In this document: one piece after another, positions 39,901 through 47,111 of the stretch
Layout: each line of letters begins with the position of its first letter
Position numbering within the stretch: the stretch's first letter is position 1
Origin: Candidatus Binatia bacterium
GTDB taxonomy: Bacteria; Desulfobacterota; Binatia; HRBIN30
NCBI GenBank assembly: GCA_038245295.1
Contig: JBBRSP010000002.1
Span: 128,001-192,000 of the forward strand
DNA length: 64,000 nt
Reading direction: 5' to 3'
Notes under the pieces: generated by a model
The model's database searches: none
Told to the model about the DNA's origin: nothing
What the model saw: the letters and a program-made list of their open reading frames with translations, nothing else
Position numbers and translations under genes: made by a program

Positions 39901-40429
39901 TCTGGCGCGCCAACTCGCGGAAAGCCTGCTGCATGGCGGCACCGGCGTGTACGGCGCGGCCGGCGTCGTTCTCGGCGACGCGCGGCACGCCGAAAGCGGC
40001 CATGACCCCGTCGCCGAGAAACTTCACGACAGTGCCCTGGTGGGTTTCGACCGCACCGCGCATGGCGCGGTAGTAACTCTCCATGAATGAACGCACCGAC
40101 TCCGGATCGAGCCGTTCGTGCAGCGCCGTCGAGCCGGCGAGATCGGCGAAGATGATACTGACAACTTTACGCGCGCCGGAAAGGCCAGGTTGCGCATTGG
40201 GTGGGGTGGTCGCCGGTGGGGTGTTAGCGATTGGGGGATTGACGTGTCCCGGAGCACCTAGCCCCCGAGAGCCGGGCGCGTTCACTTGAGCACCGCACTC
40301 CAGACAGAACTTCGCCGCCGGTGGCAGCTCAGTGCCGCAACTGGCGCAGCGCGCGCTGAGCGGCGTTCCGCATTCGAGGCAGAACTTGGCGCGCTCCGGG
40401 TTGGCGTTGCCGCACGAGTGGCAGTTCAT
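33986..40429 (-). CDS. Double zinc ribbon + class III adenylate/guanylate cyclase + STAND (AAA_16-type) ATPase + TPR-like helices + 7 NTF2/SnoaL-like repeats
   Basis: Four CxxC; FADLAGST, KFLGDG, GINTGEV, GDPVNVAARLQ; Walker A GSPGLGKS, Walker B IIDDLHWA, SEGNPLF, FHHVLIRDAAY; ~130-aa repeats with RD(W/F) and DHR/DRR motifs. Confidence 0.9.
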   Translation of the reverse strand: MNCHSCGNANPERAKFCLECGTPLSARCASCGTELPPAAKFCLECGAQVNAPGSRGLGAPGHVNPPIANTPPATTPPNAQPGLSGARKVVSIIFADLAGSTALHERLDPESVRSFMESYYRAMRGAVETHQGTVVKFLGDGVMAAFGVPRVAENDAGRAVHAGAAMQQAFRELARQSLAAVGEIGLRVGINTGEVVVSADNTDIVGDPVNVAARLQQEARDGEVVIGEATHRLVASLVTLEPLGSLTLKGRAETVKGYRVVSLKRPVGAATAAFVGRAEELGRINAVYDAAVAKPAARLAVLLGSPGLGKSRLIDEFVERHENTVSVLTAQCDAAGGATFAPIAAALREFLGSDSPTQNAALAAAAPGDEVERARIVKGISALLAGKPASTEETFFVIRRLLTGLAAVKPVILIIDDLHWAGSLLLDLVEHLVQWGSGVPLLVLIGARPELRDLRSSLVTPGGFVSDVVTLGGLDAGAAMRLAASVIGAADLPAAVAAKVLATSEGNPLFVGELVRMLVREGALTKEGERWTAGAGLAALEMPPTIHALLAARIERLRPEERSVLECAAVVGRHFSRSAVAALLPQHAADLDARLELLRRSELIEPDSGWFLGEPVLRFHHVLIRDAAYRRLLKGTRAELHERLADWIEAQVGDAAEHDETIGWHLEQAHQLRRELGPLDANGKALGERAAQRLAAAGKRALARDDTPLAANLLGRAIDRLDPDHPNRAELALDWCEALLSAGDVVAAANAIEELGRFLPAPATTEGPISSSRRKPGSPQLETTRECSGNSGFRRNDGRGSLNPRLNAWHTCFVGQLTALTEPQKLQATADAVATAAAELANLGDDAGEAKAHSVHAQALARLGKVGASEAALDKALAAARKAGDRRRANAVLAGAPLAALWGPSPVTRASGRCLDVVRVLRITQGAPAVEAVALSCQGVLEALRGRTEAARRMIASSRKMVEDLGIAHRLFEADVFAGRIDLLEGDALAAEGKLKGAYEGLRELGLGIDAARAGALLARAQLAQGKVAEAQRSSQESEALAGDDLQAAIAWRGVRAEALASRGETKVAVELAQSAVAIAAATDALLDHADARLALATALRATGRAAEADAEERRAIELWEAKGATLLAERARRDGQHPTPVLMPSAPAKAVGRTSAAQRRVRPNAATRNAEQFLAAMTARDFDALTASSSPGLEVIYHPTGSVYGLAQLVAGFRPLFAATNFAVSQEILASFGDSLALVRRGASHAGTETRSGSFGPVSIDTAVLLEVDAQGRASRSEVFDTTRVGDAIARLYERYAELLPAGSSTGGFGPPAGAERERAAAIARSIAALAAPPNMERYASALAAGFAFADHRTVGFASGRGAETLLRGFGSLLELADNVTTRVDDVLAIEPGAILLRWTTSGIDRASGGAFESSFLLLWKFGVDGLVACDETFDVDRVIEAQARFDELTTPVLPPQLFANAATRTADRGTAALGVRDWVGFANLFASGARHFDRRRMVQLESDAKQWLTSFRQIIELTSGPVLQQLLATRGERLALHRMLWRGADGDIGPSEIDWLVIVEVDEHGDHTAVVVYDPDDLAAADAELDARYYAGEGKSYPAHGVLMRGFAAAIAKRDWDPVVAQCSPTFVEYDHRPVALLGTTRSAEAWAQNFRTLIELAPDTIYRVDHLRFGAHGIWSVGTWSGTREGGPYEIAINAVLEMDAHNQVGRADIYDEDAQQLQQARARFEELRGAAPPVHFANVASAMANAVNGSMVAHDWQTFERLFAENFRMSDRRRVVQLELDRSQYVEFTREVADGRTIRCKSRLLATRGERLVLTHPCFEFSDADVGPSEIAFVIINEVDERGLIVGSVRFDVEDLDAAYVELERRWFAGETAAQPFASAWIADYQRAFAARDWEAMTAIMAPELVSRSHRLVSWGTLQGAAALVATMKVQIELAPDTKMRVHHVRSREGGALLEYAWHGTREGGEFENLLVAVVELATDGRARGVDVWEPEKLDEARARFDEIAAEARLHPRASEWVAKFRRAFAARDWDAMAGLAAASEIALNNRLVGWGTLRGPGAWVPTLIELVELAPDVRFRVDHVRTCERGALLECAWQGSRDGGPFETPFLFFVELDDAGQQIRLEVWEREMLDEAVTHFEALSSS
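38038..38121. repeat. 84-bp palindromic element lying in-frame in the cyclase gene
   Basis: Arms cgtcattccggcgaaagccggaattt and agatcccggctttcgccgggatgacg are 23/26 reverse-complementary. Confidence 0.88.
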
Positions 40430-40472
40430 TTGGTGGACGTCTCGTCTCAGCCGAGCGGCCCTTTGAAGCACC

Positions 40473-40549
40473 CTTCGACGAGCTCAGGGTGAGCGGGCGA
40501 AGGCATTCCAAACTCGGGTGGGGATCCGCTCATGCCGAGCCAGTCGAAG
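40473..40549. repeat. REP-like inverted repeat (same family as 6519-6594)
   Basis: cttcgacgagctcagggtgagcgg ... ccgctcatgccgagccagtcgaag. Confidence 0.8.
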
Positions 40550-40568
40550 CACGGGGTGGGGTTGTTCA

Positions 40569-41250
40569 TCAACCAATTTCTCTCGCCAGCCGCTCCACAT
40601 GAGCGGTGGCACCCATCTCCTGATGCAGGCGTCGTGCCTCGCGCAACGCCTTGTCGCGTCCCACAGCATCGCGACGTTGTCGCGCCAACTCGGCGCGCAA
40701 TTCGTGGCACTCGATCACATGGGTTCTCTTGGCGGCGCGCCCACTCCTCACCTTCGCGCTGCAACTCATCGACTTCCTGTTGCGCAACACCGCGCCGCCA
40801 GGCGTGCTCCAGGATCATGACGCGGGCACGGATGCCCAGCTGGTTGGCGAGGGCCGGGTCTGAAATCTCGTCTGCCAACTCGCGCACCCGCTGCCAGTGC
40901 CGGGTAGCTTCACCCGAGTTCCTTCCGGCGATCCACTCGGCCGCACGCCGGTGCCACAATGCCGCCGGCTGCGCCTCGCCCGCCTCGCTCCAATGGTGCG
41001 CCAACAAGGCGGCCTGTTCGTCGAGGTTGCCGCCGTAGCTCTCGAGCGCCCGCGCCACCGCCGCGTGCAGCGAGTGCCGACGCTCGGCCAGCAGAGAATC
41101 CGCCGCGACGGCCTGCGTGAGCGGATGTTTGAAGCTGTACTCGGCAACCGGATAGACCGACTTCTCGTGCAGGAACTCGCCGCTGCGCAAGCGCGCCAGT
41201 GCTTCGCGGAGGTCGCGTTCGGGAAGCTCGGCAACCGCGGCGAGGAGTGC
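40569..41250 (-). pseudogene. Remnant B of a cyclase-STAND paralogue (post-ATPase winged helix/TPR part + C-terminus)
   Basis: EYSFKHPLTQAVA...LLAHHW.EAGE...WHRRAAEW, then frame change at ~40722 to LREARRLHQEMGATAHVERLAREIG*. Confidence 0.82.
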
Positions 41251-41820
41251 GTCAGCATCCGCGCCACACGTTCGGCGTGTCCAGACGCGTCCATTTCGGC
41301 GAACAGCCGATGCGCTTCGCGCAACCATTGCTGGCGGCCATCGATATCGGACAGTAGGCCGGCGAGGCCGGCCCGTTCGACGAGGATCTGCGGCTCGTAC
41401 GAGCGAGCGCCCGTGGATTGGACAAGGGCGAGCGCGCGATGGAGCGCGCCTTCGACCCTCTCCACGCCCTTGAGCCCTTCGCTGGCGCGGAGAACCCGCG
41501 CCAGGGCAAGTTGCGCGCGCACTTCGGCGACCAGCAGCTGCGCGCGCACGGCAATTTCGATCGCCTCCATGAGACAGGGTGTTAGGTGTTACGGTGTTAG
41601 CTGTTAGCGGATCCGCGAGTTCCGTAACACCGAACACCCTAACACCGAACACCTTCTCATCCGGCACCTTGACCTCAGCGCCGCACTCGCCGCAAAATTT
41701 CTCGCCGGCATCGTACGGTGTGCCACAAGACGCGCACGCGAGCGCCAATGCCGCACCGCATGCACCGCAAAACTTGCGCCCGGCGCGGTTCTGGTGGCCG
41801 CAGGTGGAGCAGGTGATCAC
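41251..41820 (-). pseudogene. Remnant A of a cyclase-STAND paralogue (N-terminal double zinc ribbon joined to C-terminus)
   Basis: GTG start; CSTC..KFCGAC..CASC..KFCGEC, then jump at ~41570 to LREAHRLFAEMDASGHAERVAR; cyclase and ATPase domains absent. Confidence 0.82.
41578..41653. repeat. GGTGTTA / (T/G)AACACC short-period inverted repeat inside remnant A
   Basis: ggtgttaggtgttacggtgttagctgttag ... taacaccgaacaccctaacaccgaacacc. Confidence 0.85.
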
Positions 41821-41854
41821 GCGGGGTTCCGGGCTGGATATGTGGCGCGCACCG

Positions 41855-42133
41855 TCAAGCGGCGTGCCGCTTCGCCATCGATTCGGCAAGGAGCAACTTG
41901 ATTAACGCCTGGTACGGAACGTCACGTGCCGACGCGACAGCCTTCAATTGGTTGAGCAGCGCCGAGGGAAGACGAATCGACACGACTTGCGTTGGAGCTA
42001 CCTTCGGAAGTTCAAGGCCCAACTGTTCCAACGTAAGCGGTCTGGTTGGATCGATCATCACCGACGTGTCCTGCGTATCGTAGTCGCGGATCTCCTTGCG
42101 GCGTGGTTTCGTCGTCTCACGCTTCTGCGTCAT
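41855..42133 (-). CDS. BrnA/CopG-like antitoxin
   Basis: VVSIRLPSALLNQLKAVASARDVPYQALIKLLL; overlaps the toxin end. Confidence 0.85.
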   Translation of the reverse strand: MTQKRETTKPRRKEIRDYDTQDTSVMIDPTRPLTLEQLGLELPKVAPTQVVSIRLPSALLNQLKAVASARDVPYQALIKLLLAESMAKRHAA

Positions 42134-42416
42134 AGATGCGTCTCTCCTGACGTGAGGCGGTGCGGGCCGTGATGACGCGAACCTTTCGACCGCGGCGCGT
42201 GAAGCCAACCATCAGCACCCGAGCTTCCAAACTGCGCCCATACAGAACGTAACGAGCTTCACGGCGGCTCGAGTGGTGCAGATCCTCGAACAGACGCCGG
42301 CGGGGATCGTAGAAGGCGCTTTCCGCCTCGAGACGCGAACCCCCATGCTTGATCTCGTTCTTCTGCACATTCCATTGGTCCCAGTTAAAAACGATCTCCG
42401 CTATTTCGCTACTCGT
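42117..42416 (-). CDS. brnT: BrnT family toxin; homology extends upstream of the first GTG to an in-frame ACG (non-canonical or mutated start)
   Basis: (T)SSEIAEIVFNWDQWNVQKNEIKHG...EAESAF...EARYVLYG...VRVITAR. Confidence 0.8.
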   Translation of the reverse strand, partial: TSSEIAEIVFNWDQWNVQKNEIKHGGSRLEAESAFYDPRRRLFEDLHHSSRREARYVLYGRSLEARVLMVGFTRRGRKVRVITARTASRQERRIYDAEA

Positions 42417-42421
42417 GGCAA

Positions 42422-42450
42422 GGTTTACGCGGCACGCGGTGTAGCGTCAA
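42422..42450 (-). promoter_or_regulatory. Putative sigma70 promoter of the second brnT/A pair
   Basis: TTGACG-N17-TAAACC. Confidence 0.55.
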
Positions 42451-42524
42451 CCACTGCATCAAAGCGATGCACGCCGTCGGTAAGGATCTGGAAGAAGCGG
42501 TCGAGGATGGAAATTCGACGACGA

Positions 42525-42941
42525 CTACACGCCTCGGGATTCAAAGCCTAAGGCACGGGCGGCGGTGGCTTGTTGAGCGTCGTGCGTAGCGAACACGAGT
42601 TGGTGACCGCGCCGCTCCTGCAGCAGCATGGCGCTGGCCAGATGGATCGCATCGAGCGTCTTGACCGCGGTGGCCATGGGCAGGGCGGCACGGCGCAGGA
42701 CCGCTCGCGTCAGCGCAATCCGACCGATGGTCGATTCGATGGTGGCCAGGCCTTCGTGAGCGAGCGCGACACCGTCGTCGTCGAGCGCCGCGGCCAAACG
42801 CAAGCGATCAATCACCCGGCGCACCTCGACTCCCATCAATTCGCTCGCCCACGCCGCTTCCCACTTGCCCCACGCGTCCAACGGCTTGCCCTGAGCCAGC
42901 AGCACGCGCAGCACAGTGCTGGTATCGAGATACACCTTCAT
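42525..42941 (-). CDS. vapC: VapC family PIN toxin
   Basis: YLDTS, VE, KTLDAIHLASA, FATHD; ATGA overlap with the antitoxin. Confidence 0.9.
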   Translation of the reverse strand: MKVYLDTSTVLRVLLAQGKPLDAWGKWEAAWASELMGVEVRRVIDRLRLAAALDDDGVALAHEGLATIESTIGRIALTRAVLRRAALPMATAVKTLDAIHLASAMLLQERRGHQLVFATHDAQQATAARALGFESRGV

Positions 42942-43195
42942 CGCTGGTCGCGGCTTTCGCGGAGGAGCCGGCTCACATCGACGCGCCGCCGTAGGCGGAT
43001 CGGTTGCAGCTTCCTCAAGTCGGAGAGCGGCCGGTGCGGCTCGTCCACGTGCAGGTCGCTCCCGTTCTCTTCGATCGGAACGATGCGGGCTATCGGCGTC
43101 TTTCTATCGTAGACCTCGACGGTCTGGCCGCGCCGCACCTCCGCGAGATAGCCACTGAGACGCGCCTTCAACTCGGACACCTTCGCCTGTTTCAT
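42938..43195 (-). CDS. Phd/YefM family antitoxin
   Basis: VSELKARLSGYLAEVRRGQTVEV...PIARIVP. Confidence 0.9.
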   Translation of the reverse strand: MKQAKVSELKARLSGYLAEVRRGQTVEVYDRKTPIARIVPIEENGSDLHVDEPHRPLSDLRKLQPIRLRRRVDVSRLLRESRDQR

Positions 43196-43201
43196 GGCCT
43201 C

Positions 43202-43230
43202 GTTGTGGCCAGATGTGGCCCGGAAGTCAA
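43202..43230 (-). promoter_or_regulatory. Putative phd-vapC promoter with GGCCACA direct repeats
   Basis: TTGACT-N17-CACAAC, ATG 6 nt downstream. Confidence 0.55.
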
Positions 43231-43413
43231 TCTGTACCCCTGGTTGCGGCTCTCGTGCGGAGGTCTCCGTCGATCGGCATGCGTCAGCGGGACGGTCCTA
43301 CCACTTCCGCGGACCTGTTGTTGAAGGGACCCGCGATTCACACGGGTTTGCAACGCGCTCATCTCGTAGTACTGCGAGGAGCAACAACGTTACCAGCAAC
43401 ACAGGAGCCGCCG

Positions 43414-43803
43414 ATGCCCCAGCACGAGATCGAGATCATTCTGATCCGGCAACTCGCCAGTTATCTGGCGATGCCGATCTTCGTCGTCGACGACGCCGGC
43501 AATCTCGTCTTCTACAACGAACCGGCGGAGCATCTCCTGGGCCGGCGCTTCGACGAGACCGGAGAGATGAGCGCCGCGGAGTGGGCCATCGCATGGGCCC
43601 CGGTCGACGACGAGGGGCATGGCCTGGCGCCAGAGGATCTGCCGCTTTACGCCGCCCTCAACGATGGCAGACCGGGCTATCGACGCTTTTGGATTCGCGG
43701 ACTCGACCAGATCAAGCGCCACATCGAATCGGTTGCGTTTCCGCTTGTCGGCCAGGCCGGCAGAAGTCTCGGAGCTGTAGTCATCTTCTGGGAGGCAGTG
43801 TGA
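43414..43803 (+). CDS. Stand-alone PAS domain protein
   Basis: PIFVVDDAGNLVFYNEPAEHLLG...IESVAFPL...GAVVIF. Confidence 0.82.
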   Translation: MPQHEIEIILIRQLASYLAMPIFVVDDAGNLVFYNEPAEHLLGRRFDETGEMSAAEWAIAWAPVDDEGHGLAPEDLPLYAALNDGRPGYRRFWIRGLDQIKRHIESVAFPLVGQAGRSLGAVVIFWEAV

Positions 43804-44645
43804 GAGTGACGTTCTGGGGCACGCGCGGTTCGCTGGCTGCGCCCGGCGCCGACACGGCACGTTACGGTGGCAACACGTCATGCGTCGAAGTGCGCGGCCC
43901 CGAGGGCAGCGTCGTGGTGATCGATGCCGGGACCGGCATCCGCGCCCTTGGTCAATCACTCCCAGCGGATCTCAAACGCGTCGACATCCTCCTCACCCAT
44001 CTCCACATGGATCACGTGCAAGGGCTCGGGTTCTTCGCGCCGCTCTACAATCCAGGCGTCGAGGTCCACATCTGGGGGCCCGCCAGCACGACGGCGCCGC
44101 TGCGCACCCGGCTCATGCGCTACCTATCGCCACCGCTGTTCCCGGTGCACTTGCGCGACCTGCCGTGCCAACTGATCCTGCACGAAGTGCCGTGCGAACG
44201 GCTACCCATCGGCGAGATGGTCGTGTCGGCCAGCTTGGTGTGCCACCCGGGACCTACCGTCGGCTATCGCATCGAGTCAAAGAACGGATCGCTCGCCTAT
44301 CTATCGGATCACGAGCCGGCGTTGGGGGCGCGTAATTTTCCTGAGTCTGCCGAGTGGACTTCCGGCTACGCGATCGCCGCGAACGTCGACTTGCTGATCC
44401 ACGACGGCCAGTACACCCGCGACGAGTATCTCGAGCACGTCGGCTGGGGACACTCCGCCGCGGAGGACGCGGTGAACTTCGCGAAACTGGCGCAAGTGAA
44501 AGAGCTTGTACTCTTCCACCATGACCCGAACCGAACCGACGCGGAGGTGGATCAGCTCCTGGAGACCACGATGGCGCGCATGCAGACGCCGTTCGCCGTC
44601 ACCGCCGCGGCGGAAGGCACGACGGTCGACATCGGCGCAGCCTAG
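43800..44645 (+). CDS. MBL-fold metallohydrolase (RNase Z / phosphodiesterase-like)
   Basis: FWGTRGS, YGGNTSC, DAGTG, THLHMDH, GWGHS, LFHHDP; GTGA overlap with the PAS gene. Confidence 0.9.
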   Translation: MRVTFWGTRGSLAAPGADTARYGGNTSCVEVRGPEGSVVVIDAGTGIRALGQSLPADLKRVDILLTHLHMDHVQGLGFFAPLYNPGVEVHIWGPASTTAPLRTRLMRYLSPPLFPVHLRDLPCQLILHEVPCERLPIGEMVVSASLVCHPGPTVGYRIESKNGSLAYLSDHEPALGARNFPESAEWTSGYAIAANVDLLIHDGQYTRDEYLEHVGWGHSAAEDAVNFAKLAQVKELVLFHHDPNRTDAEVDQLLETTMARMQTPFAVTAAAEGTTVDIGAA

Positions 44646-44709
44646 TTGAGCCCGAACATCGTCAAACTCACGGATCGCACCGGGCAAATGACACCACTAC
44701 CGTGCGCTC

Positions 44710-46989
44710 CTACTGCATCGCCAGCTGGGCTCGGTCTTCACGCTGGGGATCGCGTTGCGACTTGCCCAGGACCTCGACGATGACGTGATCGAGCACGCCC
44801 GGTGTGATCGCGGCGCTACCCTGCAACACCGGAGCGATCGGCGTCATGCGCTGGTAGCCGACGGTAAACGGATCGACGCCGTAGGTGAACGGGGTGACGC
44901 GCGGAATGAACCCGCGGCCGACGGGAACGTCGCCGTACCACAGCTCGAGATCGCCGTTGCCGGAGAGGGGTGCCGCCGGCGTGAACGTGGCGCGCACCAG
45001 CACCTCACCGGCGGGCAGCTCGACGCTTGCCGAAACGGTGGTGAGTTCCGCGCCCAGCAGGTTGTTCACGTAGTGGAGACGGCGGCCGGCGAGATACAAT
45101 GCATAGCCGCCGCAGTGCCCACCGTGGGCGACGAGCACACCCTCGCACGGGCCAGCGGCCGGCACGCGCAGTGAGGCGAGGATCTGGAACTGGCAGTTGC
45201 GTAGGTTGGGCGCCATGGCCTCGGGGATGGACGAGATGCCGGGATAGAAGACGTAACGCTTGCGTCGGAAGCGGGTGTCGCCGTAGCGGCCGGGCTGGTT
45301 GTTGAGCGGCAGCACCTGATGGCGCTCGGCCTCCTTCCACCACAGGTCCTTGAGCTCTTCCAGCTTCTCCGGGTGCTGCGCCGCAACGTCGTGGCACTCC
45401 GAGAAATCTTCGGCAACGTGGTACAGCTCCCAGATGTCTTCATCGAAACTGCGGCTGGCGTCGCTGCCGTCATAGGCGAGCGGCACCGGAGGGTGAAACA
45501 CCACCGCCTTCCAGCCATCGTGATACAGCGCGCGCGAGCCAAGCATCTCGTAGTACTGCGTGAGATGGCGACTGGGCGCCTTCGCCTCTTGCAGGGTGTG
45601 GGCGAAGCTCGTGCCGTCGAACGGACGCTGCGCCACACCGCCGATCTCGTGCGGCGCCGCGATGCCGATGAGATCGAGCAGCGTGGGAGTGACGTCGATG
45701 GCGTGCACGTACTGCTGCCGCGTCGCCCCCGGCGCACCCAAGCGCGCCGGCCAGTGGACGATGAGCGGATCGCAGACCCCGCCCTCGTGCGTGTCGCGCT
45801 TGAAGCGCTTGAGCGGCGTATTTCCCGCCCAGGCCCAGCCCCACGGATAGTGGTTGTTCGCCCGCGGCGTGCCGAGATCGTCGATGCGGCGCAGGTTCTC
45901 CTCGAGGCTCTCCGGAACGAAGTTGAAGAAGTACTGCTCGTTGAACGAACCGCGCGGGCCGCCCTCGGCGGAGGCACCGTTGTCGCTCATGATGAGCACG
46001 ATCGTGTTGTCCGATTCACCGAGCCGCTCGATGAAGTCGAGCACGCGGCCGATCTGCGCGTCGGTGTGGGTGAGAAATCCCGCGTACACTTCCATCATGC
46101 GCGCGTAGAGACGGCGCTCGTCGGCCGACAATGTTTCCCAGGCCGGCACCCAGGACGGACGTTCGGACAGCTGGGTGCCGGCGGGCAGCAGGCCCGACGC
46201 CGTCTGGCGCGCGAAGACCTGCTCGCGCCACGTGTCCCACCCCTGATCGAAGCGGCCGCGATACGGCTGGATGAACGAGCGCGGCGCCTGGTGTGGGGCA
46301 TGGCAGGCGCCCGGCGCGAAATAGAGAAGAAACGGTTTGTCGGCACGGTAGGCGCGTAGATCCTTGATGTAGGAGATGGCGCGATCGGCGAGGTCCTCGG
46401 TGAGGTGGTAGCCCTCGTCGGGCGAACACGGCGGCGACACTTGATGATTGTCGTGGATCAGGTCGGGGTGGTACTGGTCGGTCTCGCCGGCGAGGAAGCC
46501 GTAGTAGCGCTCGAAGCCTTTACTCAGCGGCCAGTGATGCCGCGGCCCGCCGAGGGTCATCTCCGTTGCCGGTGCCAGATGCCACTTGCCGAGCGCGAAG
46601 GTGGCGTAGCCGTTGCGTACCAGGATCTCGGAGAGAAAGCCGTTCTCGGCGGGAATCGTCGCGTCGTAACCGGGGAAGCCGGAGGAGAACTCGACGATAC
46701 GCGCCATGCCGTTGACGTGATGGTTGCGGCCGCTGAGCAGACACGCACGCGTCGGGGAGCACAGCGCGGTGGTATGAAAATTCGCGTAGCGCAGCCCACC
46801 GGCGGCCAGACGGTCGAAGGTCGGCGTGGCGACGTCGGCGCCGTAGCAACCGAACTGGGCGTACCCGACATCGTCGAGCAGCACCATCACGACATTGGGC
46901 GCCCCCGCCGGCGCCTGCTCGAGCGGCGGCCACGCGGCGCGCGACTCTGCAAACGTGCGACCGATCACTCCGTCAAATTTCTTGGCCAT
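44710..46989 (-). CDS. Arylsulfatase (Cys-type)
   Basis: LDDVGY, ALCSPTRACLLSGRNHH, GKWHL, SDNG. Confidence 0.93.
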   Translation of the reverse strand: MAKKFDGVIGRTFAESRAAWPPLEQAPAGAPNVVMVLLDDVGYAQFGCYGADVATPTFDRLAAGGLRYANFHTTALCSPTRACLLSGRNHHVNGMARIVEFSSGFPGYDATIPAENGFLSEILVRNGYATFALGKWHLAPATEMTLGGPRHHWPLSKGFERYYGFLAGETDQYHPDLIHDNHQVSPPCSPDEGYHLTEDLADRAISYIKDLRAYRADKPFLLYFAPGACHAPHQAPRSFIQPYRGRFDQGWDTWREQVFARQTASGLLPAGTQLSERPSWVPAWETLSADERRLYARMMEVYAGFLTHTDAQIGRVLDFIERLGESDNTIVLIMSDNGASAEGGPRGSFNEQYFFNFVPESLEENLRRIDDLGTPRANNHYPWGWAWAGNTPLKRFKRDTHEGGVCDPLIVHWPARLGAPGATRQQYVHAIDVTPTLLDLIGIAAPHEIGGVAQRPFDGTSFAHTLQEAKAPSRHLTQYYEMLGSRALYHDGWKAVVFHPPVPLAYDGSDASRSFDEDIWELYHVAEDFSECHDVAAQHPEKLEELKDLWWKEAERHQVLPLNNQPGRYGDTRFRRKRYVFYPGISSIPEAMAPNLRNCQFQILASLRVPAAGPCEGVLVAHGGHCGGYALYLAGRRLHYVNNLLGAELTTVSASVELPAGEVLVRATFTPAAPLSGNGDLELWYGDVPVGRGFIPRVTPFTYGVDPFTVGYQRMTPIAPVLQGSAAITPGVLDHVIVEVLGKSQRDPQREDRAQLAMQ

Positions 46990-47111
46990 GACTTTCTCCT
47001 TCCTTGTACTACTCGCGTTCGATTCCTTCGCAGGACACGCCCAATTCGTTCTGTGGGGCGTGGGGGTTTGGTTTCGGGCGAGCGCTGTGTCGTGTTCTGG
47101 CACACTCGGGC

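Noticed and set aside
40447..41889. 480-aa ORF as an intact gene
   Set aside because: Chimera of fragments from two deleted genes joined through off-frame sequence and a REP element
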